Source: an uncultured Pseudomonadota bacterium (lineage in GTDB: Bacteria; Pseudomonadota; Alphaproteobacteria; Acetobacterales; Acetobacteraceae). From it: 64,000 nucleotides of DNA. The notes below the pieces were generated by a model that had not been told where the DNA came from, searched no databases, and saw nothing but the letters and a program-made list of their open reading frames with translations. Each line of letters begins with the position of its first letter. Position 1 is the stretch's first letter. A program made the position numbers and the translations under genes. Where the stretch lies: assembly GCA_963822705.1 (NCBI GenBank), contig CAWGIX010000006.1:109567-173566 (forward strand). The letters are read 5' to 3'. This document shows positions 18,679-28,419 of the stretch, piece after piece.

Positions 18679-21073
18679 ATGAGCCAGGCGTCCGCCGCTG
18701 CTTTTGCCGATACGCCCGGCCCCGAGCGGACCGAATTTTTTCGCGTGCGTGGCATGGTGCAGGGCGTGGGTTTCCGGCCGACCGCATGGCGCCTGGCCCG
18801 CCGGCATGGCCTGGGCGGCTGGGTGGCCAACGACGGCGACGGCGTGGCGCTTTGCGTCAGCGGCCCGAAAACCTCGATCGCTCGTTTCGTGGCGGACCTC
18901 AAAACCGATGCGCCGCCGCTGGCGCGCATCGACAGCATCGAGCACATGCCGGCCGCGAACCCGCCCGATGCGAGGCCGTTCCGCATTATCGAAAGCCGCG
19001 CCGGCGCGGCACGGACGGGCGTGGTGCCCGACGCCGCAACCTGTGCCGACTGTGCTGCGGAAACGCTCGGCCCGAAAGCGCGCCGCTATCGCTATCCATT
19101 CACCAACTGCACGCATTGCGGGCCGCGCTTCTCAATCATTGAGGCGATTCCGTACGACCGTGCGAACACGACGATGCGCGCCTTTGACCTCTGTCCGTCC
19201 TGCAAAGCCGAGTACCGACGATCCGGCCGATCGCCGATTTCATGCCCAGCCGATCGCCTGCCCATTTTGCGGCCCTCGAATTTGGTTGGAGCGTGCGGAT
19301 GGCGAGCGCATCCCGCCCGCAGCGTTCGGCGCCATCGACGCGGTCGACGCCGCGCGCTTGCTCCTGCTTGGCGGCGACATTGTTGCGATCAAAGGTTTGG
19401 GCGGCATTCAGCTCGCCTGCGACGCGACCAACGAACGCGCCGTCGCGCGCCTGCGGCGGAAGAAAGGCCGCGAGGCAAAACCATTTGCCATGATGGCGCG
19501 GGACCTCGACATCATCCGCGGGTACTGCGAACCCTCGCCCCTGGACGAAACCGCGCTGCGGAGTCCTGCGGCGCCGATCGTCATCATGGACGCGACGCGC
19601 GCGCCTGCTTCGTCGGTGGCGCCCGGCTTGGCCACGCTCGGCTTCATGCTCCCCAATACGCCGCTGCATCACTTGCTGCTGCGCGATCTCGACCGCCCGA
19701 TCGTGCTGACCAGCGGCAATCTTTCCGACGAGCCGCAATGCATCGGGAATGGCGAGGCCCGCGGGCGGCTCGCGCCTATCGCTGACTACTTCCTCCTCCA
19801 CGACCGCCCCATCGCCAGCCGGGTGGACAATTCTGTCCTGCGCAGCATGGCCGGTGCACCGCGCGTGCTGCGCCGCGCCCGCGGTTACGCGCCCGCACCA
19901 TTGCGTCTTCCGCCCGGTTTCGACACCGCGCCGCCACTGCTCGCCATGGGCGGCGAGCTGAAAAGCACTTTCTGTCTGCTCCGCCGCGGCGAGGCGATTT
20001 TGTCGCACCATATCGGCGAGCTTGAAAACGCTGACGCTCTTGCCGATTATTCTCGCGCGATCGAGCAATATCTTGCACTGTTTGCCCACGCGCCGCGCCT
20101 GATCGCCGCCGATCTGCATCCCGAATACCTGTCTACAAAACTCGGCACCGAGCGCGCGGAGCGCGACGCCCTCCCGCTCGCCCGCGTCCAGCATCACCAC
20201 GCTCATATTGCCGCCTGTCTTGCCGAAAACGCCGTACCGCGCGACGCGCCCCCCGTGCTGGGCATTGCGCTGGACGGCCTGGGTTTTGGCCCGGACGGCA
20301 CGATCTGGGGCGGCGAATTTCTGCTGGCCGATTATCGGGCCTATCGCCGCGTGGGCCGTCTCGCCCCGGTCGCCATGCCCGGCGGCGCGCAGGCGATCCG
20401 CGAGCCTTGGCGCAACGCTTATGCCCACATCGCCGCCAGTCTCGGCTGGGTGAATTTTACCGAGACGTTTCCCGGCACCTCGCTCGCGAAATATCTGCAA
20501 ACGAAACCGCTCGCGGCGCTGGACTCGATGATCGCCCGCGGCGTCAACGCGCCAATGGCGAGCTCATGCGGCCGCCTGTTCGACGCGGTTGCTGCCACCC
20601 TCGGCCTTTCCCGCGAGCGTGTCCAGTACGAGGGCCAAGCTGCCATCGCGCTGGAAACCGCGGTCGACCCCGAGGTTCTGCACAGCGAACCCGAAGCGCT
20701 CGCCTATTCTTTTGCTGTCACCCGCGTTTGCGCAAGCAGTCCGGCCCAGCTCGAGCCAGGTCCGATGTGGCATGCCCTGCTCGCCGACATCTCGGCCGGG
20801 GTGCCCATCGGCACCATCGCCGCCCGCTTCCACAAGGGGTTTGCCATCGGACTCGCAGCAACCGTGCGCAGCTTGCGCGAGACCGACAACGAGGTTGGGC
20901 AAACCACGCGCATCGCCCTGTCCGGTGGCGTGTTCCAGAACCGCGTTCTGCTGGAACAGCTGGTGGACCGCCTCGCCGCGCAAAATCTCGAAGTTCTCAC
21001 CCATCGCGACGTGCCGGCGAACGACGGCGGCCTCGCCCTCGGCCAAGCCGTCATCGCCGCCGCCACCGCATAG
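18679..21073 (+). pseudogene. hypF: Carbamoyltransferase HypF; +1 frameshift at about 19216
   Basis: Acylphosphatase domain 'VRGMVQGVGFRP' and 'CADCAAE..FTNCTHCGPRF' are in the frame of ORF 18679. 'DDPADRRFHAQPIACPFCGP', YrdC and Kae1-like parts are in the frame of ORF 18704..21073. An extra C follows GAGTAC. Confidence 0.9.
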
Positions 21074-21084
21074 GATTTCCCACC

Positions 21085-21363
21085 ATGTGCCTCGGCATAC
21101 CCGGACGTATCGTTGCCGTGATCGACGCGGAAGAATCCCTGGCCATGGTTGAGGTCGGGGGAGTGCGCCGTCCTATCAACATCAGCTTCATCACCGCCGA
21201 CGACCGCCCCCCAAAATCCTGCATCGGCGACTGGGTGCTGGTGCATGTCGGTTTTGCCATGAGCCGCATCGACGAGGAGGAAGCCGCGAGCACGCTTGCC
21301 ATCCTCCAGGAAATGGAAGACATGCGTACCGAAATGGAAGCCATGCAGCTGTCCGAGTTCTGA
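21085..21363 (+). CDS. hypC: Hydrogenase assembly chaperone HypC/HupF
   Basis: 'MCLGIPGRIVAV' N-terminal Cys motif. 92 aa. Confidence 0.9.
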   Translation: MCLGIPGRIVAVIDAEESLAMVEVGGVRRPINISFITADDRPPKSCIGDWVLVHVGFAMSRIDEEEAASTLAILQEMEDMRTEMEAMQLSEF

Positions 21364-21371
21364 GCACCCCC

Positions 21372-22058
21372 ATGCCGAGCGACGAAATTCTGCACGGCCT
21401 GTATCCGTTCCTGCACGGCCAGAAGCAGGATGCCGGCCGCATGCGCGAGGCGCTGCTCGAGTCGGTGCGACAAAAGGCTCGCGACAGCATCGAGGCAAAA
21501 CAGAAATTCTTTGCCGAGAACGGTCCCGCCGTCGTCGCCGCCGCGGAGGCGATTGCCGGCGTGTATCGCGGCGGCGGACGCCTGTACAGCATGGGCAACG
21601 GTGGCTCCAGCTGCGATTCGTCCCATTTTGCCGTGGAGTTCCTGCATCCGGTCACCGCCGGCCGCCCGGCGCTGACGGCCATCAATCTCGCCTGCGACAT
21701 GGCCATGATTACCGCAGTCGGCAACGATGTGGGCTTCGGCCACATTTTCACCCGGCAGGTAATTGCGCAGGCGTCGCGCAACGATGGCCTGGTCGGCTTT
21801 TCCACCAGCGGCAACTCTGAAAACCTGCTTGCCGCTTTTGCCAAAGCCAAGGAGATGGGCGTCGTCACGATCGGTTTTGCCGGCTACGACGGCGGCCGCA
21901 TGGCGCGCAGCGCGGATCTGGACCACTGCCTGACCGTGCCCAGCGACAGCATCCATCGCATCCAGGAATGCCACGTCGCGATCTACCACATTTTGTGGGA
22001 CCTGGTGCATACGCTGCTCGCCGAGGACCGCGGCGGGCTCGGGGGTCAGAAACAATGA
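21372..22058 (+). CDS. SIS-domain protein (GmhA/phosphoheptose-isomerase-like) embedded in the hyp operon
   Basis: 'LYSMGNGGSSCDSSHFAVEF', 'STSGNSENL', 'IHRIQECHVAIYHILWDLV'. 228 aa. Confidence 0.85.
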   Translation: MPSDEILHGLYPFLHGQKQDAGRMREALLESVRQKARDSIEAKQKFFAENGPAVVAAAEAIAGVYRGGGRLYSMGNGGSSCDSSHFAVEFLHPVTAGRPALTAINLACDMAMITAVGNDVGFGHIFTRQVIAQASRNDGLVGFSTSGNSENLLAAFAKAKEMGVVTIGFAGYDGGRMARSADLDHCLTVPSDSIHRIQECHVAIYHILWDLVHTLLAEDRGGLGGQKQ

Positions 22059-23188
22059 AATACGTGGACGAATTCCGCGATCCTGCCAAAGCCCAGGCTT
22101 TGGTCGCCGACATTGCCCGCCTCGTCGCCCGGCTCCCGCGCGCCCGCCATCGCCCGCTGCAGATCATGGAAGTCTGCGGCGGCCACACGCACACGATATT
22201 CCGTTACGGCATCCAGCGCATGCTGCCCGACGAGGTGGAGTTCGTGCACGGTCCCGGCTGCCCGGTGTGCGTGCTGCCGATGGGCCGCGTCGACGATTGC
22301 GTGACCCTCGCCGAACGCCCCGAAGTCATTTTTACTACGTTCGGTGACGCGATGCGCGTGCCCGGTTCGCGCAAAAGCCTGCTGAAGGCAAAGGCGGACG
22401 GGGCGGACGTGCGCATGGTCTATTCGCCGCTCGACGCGCTGGCCATCGCGCGCAAAAATCCTGATCGCGAGGTGATCTTTTTCGGCCTCGGATTCGAGAC
22501 CACGATGCCGAGCACGGCCATGACCTTGATCCAGGCGCGCCGCCAGAATGTGCGCAATTTTTCCCTGTTCTGCAACCACATCACCATCATTCCCACGATA
22601 AAGGCGATGCTCGACTCGCCGGACCTGAAGCTCGACGGATTTTTGGGGCCCGGCCATGTCAGCATGGTGATCGGCACGCGGCCCTATGCCTTCATCGCCG
22701 GGCACTACCGCAGGCCCATCACCATCGCCGGCTTCGAACCGCTGGACGTGCTGCAATCGACCTGGATGGTGCTGCGCCAGCTCGCCGAGGGCCGCTGCGA
22801 AGTGGAAAACCAGTACGGCCGCATCGTCCCGGAGGCCGGCAACACCAAAGCCCTCGCCGCAATCCAGGAAGTTTTCGAGCTGCGCGAGTTTTTTGAGTGG
22901 CGCGGCCTCGGCTCGATCGACCATTCCGGCGTGCGCGTCCGCGCCGCTTACGCCGCCTATGACGCCGAACGCAAGTTTCCGGTAGCGAACATAAAGATTG
23001 CCGATCCAAAATCGTGCCAGTGCGGCGAGGTGCTGAAAGGGGTCATCAAGCCGCGAGACTGCAAGGTTTTCGGCACCGCCTGCACGCCCGAAACGCCGCT
23101 CGGCTCGCTCATGGTGTCCACCGAGGGCGCCTGCGCTGCCTATTACAACTATGGGCGCATCGACACGCGCGAAGCGGTCCCGGCGTAA
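22055..23188 (+). CDS. hypD: Hydrogenase formation protein HypD
   Basis: 'MKYVDEFRDP', 'MEVCGGHTH', 'GPGCPVCV'. ATGA overlap with the SIS gene stop. Confidence 0.94.
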   Translation: MKYVDEFRDPAKAQALVADIARLVARLPRARHRPLQIMEVCGGHTHTIFRYGIQRMLPDEVEFVHGPGCPVCVLPMGRVDDCVTLAERPEVIFTTFGDAMRVPGSRKSLLKAKADGADVRMVYSPLDALAIARKNPDREVIFFGLGFETTMPSTAMTLIQARRQNVRNFSLFCNHITIIPTIKAMLDSPDLKLDGFLGPGHVSMVIGTRPYAFIAGHYRRPITIAGFEPLDVLQSTWMVLRQLAEGRCEVENQYGRIVPEAGNTKALAAIQEVFELREFFEWRGLGSIDHSGVRVRAAYAAYDAERKFPVANIKIADPKSCQCGEVLKGVIKPRDCKVFGTACTPETPLGSLMVSTEGACAAYYNYGRIDTREAVPA

Positions 23189-24236
23189 ATCAGCTCGCCC
23201 CCCGCCCCGCCTGCGCAACTCCCACATAAACCTGTCGCATGGCAGCGGCGGCAAGGCGATGCGCGCGCTGATCGAGGATGTGTTTCTCCGGGCCTTCTCC
23301 AACCCTCTGCTGGACCCGTTGGAAGACCAGGCGACCATTCCGCTTGCCGACCTCGCCGCCTACGGCGACCGCCTGGCGTTCACGACAGACAGCTATGTGG
23401 TCGATCCGCTGTTTTTTCCGGGCGGCGATATCGGCACACTGGCGGTATCCGGCACTATCAACGACCTCGCCGTCAGCGGAGCCACGCCGCTGTTCCTCTC
23501 CTGCGCCATGGTTTTGGAGGAGGGTCTGCCAGTCGACGTTCTGCGTCGCATCGCCGGCAGCATGCGCAGCGTGGCCAATGCCGCCTGTGTCAGGATCGTC
23601 ACGGGCGATACGAAAGTCGTCGAGAAAGGTGCGGCCGACAAGCTGTTCATCAACACGGCCGGGATTGGCGTCATCCGTTCCGGTATCGCGCTGGCTGCCG
23701 GCAACGCGCGCCCGGGCGACAAGATTCTGGTCAGCGGCGTGCTCGGCGACCACGGCACCGCCATCCTCATTGCGCGCAACCAGCTCGCCCTGGAAGCCGA
23801 CGTAGCCAGCGACTGCCAGCCGCTGCACGGACTGGTTGCCGCCATGCTCGACGCATGCCCGAACATAAGGTGCCTGCGCGACGCGACACGCGGCGGCGCC
23901 GCCACCGTTCTAAACGAATTTGCGGCCAGCTCCGGCGTCGGCATGCGCATCCGCGAGCGCGATATGCCGTTGCGCGAACAGGTCAAAGGCGCCTGCGAGA
24001 TTCTGGGCCTCGATCCGCTGTTCCTCGCCAACGAGGGCAAGCTCGTCGCCATCGTGCCGCGCGAGGACGCGCCAAAAGTGCTGGCCGCGATGCGTGCGCA
24101 TCCGGCCGGCGCCGATGCCGCCATCATCGGAGAGGTGACTGAACAGCCTGCCGGCGCCGTCATCATGCGCACCGCGTTCGGCGGCGACCGCATTGTGGAC
24201 ATGCTGGTCGGCGAACAGCTGCCGCGAATTTGCTAG
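23151..24236 (+). CDS. hypE: Hydrogenase expression/formation protein HypE
   Basis: 'LSHGSGGKAM', AIR-synthase-like body, C-terminal 'PRIC'. The start is uncertain: ATG 23151 overlaps hypD by 38 nt and there is no canonical start after the hypD stop. Confidence 0.9.
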   Translation: MGASTRAKRSRRKSARPPPRLRNSHINLSHGSGGKAMRALIEDVFLRAFSNPLLDPLEDQATIPLADLAAYGDRLAFTTDSYVVDPLFFPGGDIGTLAVSGTINDLAVSGATPLFLSCAMVLEEGLPVDVLRRIAGSMRSVANAACVRIVTGDTKVVEKGAADKLFINTAGIGVIRSGIALAAGNARPGDKILVSGVLGDHGTAILIARNQLALEADVASDCQPLHGLVAAMLDACPNIRCLRDATRGGAATVLNEFAASSGVGMRIRERDMPLREQVKGACEILGLDPLFLANEGKLVAIVPREDAPKVLAAMRAHPAGADAAIIGEVTEQPAGAVIMRTAFGGDRIVDMLVGEQLPRIC

Positions 24237-24563
24237 ATGCACGAACTCAGCATCGCCACCGCCGTCGTCGATGCCTGCGCCGAGCGCGCCGCCGGCTCCC
24301 GCGTTCTTCGCGTGCGCCTGGAAATCGGCCGGCTTTCCGCGGTGATGCCCGATGCTGTCCGTTTTTGCTTCGACCTATGCGCAAAGGACACGGAACTGGA
24401 AGGCGCGGCGCTGGAAATTCTCGACATCCCCGGCCGCGCCATATGCCGCGTTTGCGACGCCGCCGTGGACCTGGAGTCGCCGATGGGCCGCTGCTCCTGC
24501 GGCGGTGCGCTGCGCATCGTCGCCGGCGAAGAACTCAGGGTGAAAGACATGGAGATCGCCTGA
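24237..24563 (+). CDS. hypA: Hydrogenase nickel-insertion protein HypA
   Basis: 'MHELSIA', 'CRVC...CSCGG' zinc motif. 108 aa. Confidence 0.9.
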   Translation: MHELSIATAVVDACAERAAGSRVLRVRLEIGRLSAVMPDAVRFCFDLCAKDTELEGAALEILDIPGRAICRVCDAAVDLESPMGRCSCGGALRIVAGEELRVKDMEIA

Positions 24564-25426
24564 TGTGCACGACCTGCGGCTGCTCGGCGCGCGACGTCGC
24601 GTACAGCGATCCCGCCACCGGTATTCAGATCGTGGTGCCCGGCACGCCGCACGGTCCTGCGCCGCCCGACCATCATCACGACCATCATCACGACCATCAT
24701 CACGGCCATCACACGAGCACCCGCACCACCACGACCACGATCACCGTCACGACCACAGGCAAGCGCGTACCGATCAGCCTCGAACAGGACATTCTGGCCA
24801 AGAATCAGCTGGCTGCCGAGCGCAATCGCGGCTGGTTCGCCGGTCGCGAAGTTCTGGCCATCAACCTGATGAGCTCGCCCGGCGCCGGCAAAACCACGCT
24901 GCTCGAACGCACGATCCGCGATCTTGCCGGCGTCGGTCCCGATCTGCGTCATCGAGGGCGACCAGGCCACCGCCAATGACGGTGCGCGCATCCGGGCCGC
25001 CGGCGCGCCGGTGATCCAGATCAACACCGGCACCGGCTGCCATCTCGATGCCGAGATGGTGGCGCACGGCGTCGCCACCTCGCACCGGCCCGCGGTTCGG
25101 TGGTCATGATCGAGAATGTCGGCAATCTGGTCTGTCCGGCGCTGTTCGACCTCGGCGAACACAGCCGCGCCGTGATCCTCTCCGTCACCGAAGGTGACGA
25201 CAAGCCGCAGAAATACCCGCACATGTTCCGTGCCTGTCAGGTCATGGTCATCAACAAGACCGACCTGCTGCCGTATGTGCGGTTCGATACGGACCGGTGC
25301 ATCGAAGCCGCCCGCGAGGCAAATCCCGACCTGCGCATCTTTCAGCTTTCGGCTGAAACCGGCGCGGGGCTCGACCTGTGGTACGATTGGCTTCGTGCCC
25401 AGCGACCGGATCGTGCCGGCGCGTAG
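24563..25426 (+). pseudogene. hypB: Hydrogenase nickel-incorporation GTPase HypB; two frameshifts (about 24930-24940 and about 25075)
   Basis: 'MCTTCGCS', His-rich tract and '[15 protein letters not shown]' are in frame 2. '[37 protein letters not shown]' is in frame 0. '[18 protein letters not shown]...NKTDLL' is back in frame 2. Confidence 0.88.
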
Positions 25427-25586
25427 GCGCGACCGCGAAGGTGCCGGACTTGCGATCTCTCCGCTGCTCAAAGGACGCCGTGTCGGCAGGGAGCCCGGGA
25501 CCCGGCAGGGGCGGCGCCTGCCTGAGGCCGGACACAGAAAGGTTGGTGGGATTGCGCGCCCGTTGCCGCGCGCTCAGAATCAGACG

Positions 25587-25997
25587 GTGCGAGTGGTGTG
25601 TCCAGGCTGCGGTGCCGCGTATGAAGTACCCGCCTCAGTACTTACCGGGACCTCGCGGCCGCTTCGATGTGCCCGCTGCGCCCAGGAGTGGGTGCCGCGC
25701 GAGCAAGCTGCCTCCGCCCCTGCGGCCGAAGCTCCGCGCAGAGAGGCGCTGCCCGATCTGCAACCAATTCCATTCCCTGAGCCGGGGCCGGCGCGGACCG
25801 AAATTCCCATTTTCGTTGCCTCCGCACCTCTGGTCGAGCGCTCCGCCCGCCGGCCCCCTGGTCCGGCCCTCGTCGGCTGGGCGGCAACGCTGTTGGTGCT
25901 CGTGGCCGTCCTGGCTTCCGCCTATGTCTGGCGCGCCAATATCCAGGCCGCATGGCCACCGATTCGGCGTGCGTATGTAAGTCTTGGCCTGTCCTGA
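25587..25997 (+). CDS. Zinc-ribbon (MJ0042-type) protein with C-terminal TM segment
   Basis: 'VRVVCPGCGAAYEVP...LRCARCAQEW' and a later 'LVGWAATLLVLVAVLASAYVW'. GTG start inferred; no clear SD. Confidence 0.5.
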   Translation: MRVVCPGCGAAYEVPASVLTGTSRPLRCARCAQEWVPREQAASAPAAEAPRREALPDLQPIPFPEPGPARTEIPIFVASAPLVERSARRPPGPALVGWAATLLVLVAVLASAYVWRANIQAAWPPIRRAYVSLGLS

Positions 25998-26062
25998 ACG
26001 GGCCTGACTCCTGAACTGGCCCAACTCCTGAACTGGCCTAACTCCTGAAGTGGCGTGACGAT
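25995..26062. repeat. 17-bp tandem repeat, about 4 copies (TGAACTGGCCYAACTCC consensus)
   Basis: TGAACGGGCCTGACTCC / TGAACTGGCCCAACTCC / TGAACTGGCCTAACTCC / TGAAGTGGCGTGACGAT, read directly. The array starts at the stop codon of the Zn-ribbon ORF. Confidence 0.85.
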
Positions 26063-26313
26063 CCGTGCCGGCGCGCCGGCGTGGTGGTCATGGTGGGGCG
26101 ATCCGGGGCCGGCAGCGCGGGTACCTGAGCGCGCGCCGACGCTCTGGTCCACTCCTGCGGCGGGCGTCGTCGATGTCGTTCACCCGGCGAACTGCTGCTC
26201 CAGCCTGTCCGCGCGATCCTCCTCGAGCTTCACAGTTCGGTAAGCGTGCCGCGGTCGCGGAACACTGGCCCAAGGCTGGCGTTCGCACCCGCGACATAAC
26301 GCGAGCAAGGCAA

Positions 26314-27483
26314 ATGCGGGCACTCACCTGGCACGGCAAAGGCGATATAAGGTGCGAAAGCGTTCCTGATCCGAAGATCGAGCACCCGCGCGACGCCATC
26401 ATCAAGGTGACTGCCTGCGCCATTTGCGGCTCCGACCTGCACCTCTATGACGGCGTTATCCCGACCATGAAGAGTGGCGACGTGCTCGGTCACGAGACGA
26501 TGGGCGAGGTGGTCGAGGTCGGCGCGGAAAACACCAAGCTGAAGAAGGGCGACCGCGTCGTGGTGCCCTTCACCATTTCCTGCGGCGAGTGCTTCTTTTG
26601 TAAGCGCGGGTATTTTTCGGGCTGCGAACGGTCGAACCCCAATGCCAAGATGGCTGCCGAGTTATGGGGTCACTCGCCGGCCGGCCTGTTCGGCTACTCA
26701 CACCTGCTGGGCGGGTTTCCCGGCGGCCAGGCCGAATATCTGCGCATCCCCTACGCCGATGTCGGGCCGATCAAGGTGCCGGACGGGCTGACCGACGAGC
26801 AGGTCCTGTTCCTGTCCGACATTTTTCCCACCGGCTACATGGGCGCGGAATTCTGCGACATCAAAGGCGGCGAGACGATCGCGGTGTTCGGCTGCGGGCC
26901 GGTGGCGCAATTCACTATCCGCAGCGCCTTTTTGCTCGGCGCCGAGCGGGTGATCGCCATCGACACCGTGCCCGAGCGGCTGAAACTCGCGGCCGACGCC
27001 GGCGCCATCACCATCGACTTCATGAAGGAGGATGTCTACGACCGCATTCAGGAGTTGACGCAGGGGCGCGGCGCTGACGCCTGCGTCGACGTGGTGGGCA
27101 CCGAGCCGCACACCTCGGCCAGTTTCGACTCGATGCTGGATCGCGCGAAGGTGGCGTTGTACGCCGGCACCGACCGGCCACATGTGCTGCGCCAGGCGAT
27201 CAACAACACGCGCAATTTCGGCGTAGTATCAATTATCGGGGTCTATGGCGGCTTCGTGGACAAGATCCCGATGGGCAGCGCCATCAACCGCGGCCTGACC
27301 TTTCGCATGGCGCAGACGCCGGTGCAGCACTATTTGCCGAAACTGATGGAGCGGATTCAGAAGGGCGAGATCGACCCGTCCTTCGTCATTACCCACAAGG
27401 CGCCGCTCGAAAGAGGGCCGGAGATGTACAAGATGTTCCGCGACAAGCAGGACGGCTGCATCAAGGTGGTGCTGCGGCCCTGA
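26314..27483 (+). CDS. Zinc-dependent alcohol dehydrogenase family protein (formaldehyde/threonine dehydrogenase-like)
   Basis: '[13 protein letters not shown]', 'CAICGSDLH', '[12 protein letters not shown]', '[10 protein letters not shown]', 'FGCGPVAQ'. 389 aa. Confidence 0.9.
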   Translation: MRALTWHGKGDIRCESVPDPKIEHPRDAIIKVTACAICGSDLHLYDGVIPTMKSGDVLGHETMGEVVEVGAENTKLKKGDRVVVPFTISCGECFFCKRGYFSGCERSNPNAKMAAELWGHSPAGLFGYSHLLGGFPGGQAEYLRIPYADVGPIKVPDGLTDEQVLFLSDIFPTGYMGAEFCDIKGGETIAVFGCGPVAQFTIRSAFLLGAERVIAIDTVPERLKLAADAGAITIDFMKEDVYDRIQELTQGRGADACVDVVGTEPHTSASFDSMLDRAKVALYAGTDRPHVLRQAINNTRNFGVVSIIGVYGGFVDKIPMGSAINRGLTFRMAQTPVQHYLPKLMERIQKGEIDPSFVITHKAPLERGPEMYKMFRDKQDGCIKVVLRP

Positions 27484-27549
27484 GGCGACGTCGAGACATG
27501 CCGAAACGGCACTGATCCACACACACTCGCTCGAAATGGAGACAAGACC

Positions 27550-28329
27550 ATGGCTTCCACCGCCCGCCAATTCGCCATTGTCACCGGTGCCTCCGCCGGC
27601 ATCGGCTTCGAGCTCGCCCGCGAATGCGTCGAGAATGGTTTTGATCTGCTGATCGCCGCCGATGAGCCGCAGATCGAGAATGCCGCCGCCGACCTGCGCA
27701 AGAATGGCGCGACGGTGGAGGCGGTACAGGCTGACCTGTCCGGGCCCGAGGGCGTGAACAAGCTCTGCGACGCGGTGAAAGGCCGCAAGGTGGACGCGCT
27801 TCTCGCGAACGCCGGGCGCGGCCTGGGGCGAGCTTTCCTCGACCAGGATGCGAAGGACTGGCGACACGTGGTCGACACGAACATCACCGGCACCCTGCTG
27901 CTGGTGCAGAAAGTCGGGCGCGACATGCGCAACGCCGGCGCCGGACGCATCCTCATCACCGGCTCGATCGCCGGCTTCATGCCGGGCACCTACCAGGCGG
28001 TCTACAACGGCACGAAAGCGTTCCTGGACAGTTTTTCGTTCGCGCTACGCCACGAGCTGGCGGACAGCGGCGTTACCGTGACCTGCCTGATGCCGGGCGC
28101 CACGGAGACGGATTTCTTCGAGCGCGCCGACATGATGGATACCAAGGTGGGCCAGGCGAAAAAGGACGATCCGGCCATGGTGGCGAAAAAAGGGTTTGGC
28201 GCCATGATGGCCGGCGAGGGCGACGTGGTCACCGGCTGGCATAACAAGCTGCAAGCCGCCATTGCGCATATTACACCGGCCGGGATGCTGGCCGAAAAGC
28301 ATCGCAAGATGGCGCAGCCGCAGCATTAA
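27550..28329 (+). CDS. SDR-family oxidoreductase
   Basis: 'VTGASAGIG', 'NAG', 'YNGTKAF' catalytic motif. 259 aa. Confidence 0.9.
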   Translation: MASTARQFAIVTGASAGIGFELARECVENGFDLLIAADEPQIENAAADLRKNGATVEAVQADLSGPEGVNKLCDAVKGRKVDALLANAGRGLGRAFLDQDAKDWRHVVDTNITGTLLLVQKVGRDMRNAGAGRILITGSIAGFMPGTYQAVYNGTKAFLDSFSFALRHELADSGVTVTCLMPGATETDFFERADMMDTKVGQAKKDDPAMVAKKGFGAMMAGEGDVVTGWHNKLQAAIAHITPAGMLAEKHRKMAQPQH

Positions 28330-28419
28330 GGATAGAATCATCAACCGTCATGCCCGGTCGCATATAGGCCGGGTGTGACAGCGACAGGCGGCTACCAGGA
28401 TCGACCAGGGCCTACAGGC

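Noticed and set aside
11974-25426. A biologically decaying (pseudogenised) hydrogenase locus.
   Set aside because: The same kind of single-base frame breaks occurs at similar density in unrelated housekeeping and metabolic genes across the window, and there are no nonsense codons or deletions. Sequencing indels are the simpler explanation. It is still listed as a finding to be checked.
25995-26062. The 17-bp repeat array as a CRISPR.
   Set aside because: The units are contiguous with no spacers. The period is far too short, and there are no cas genes in the window.
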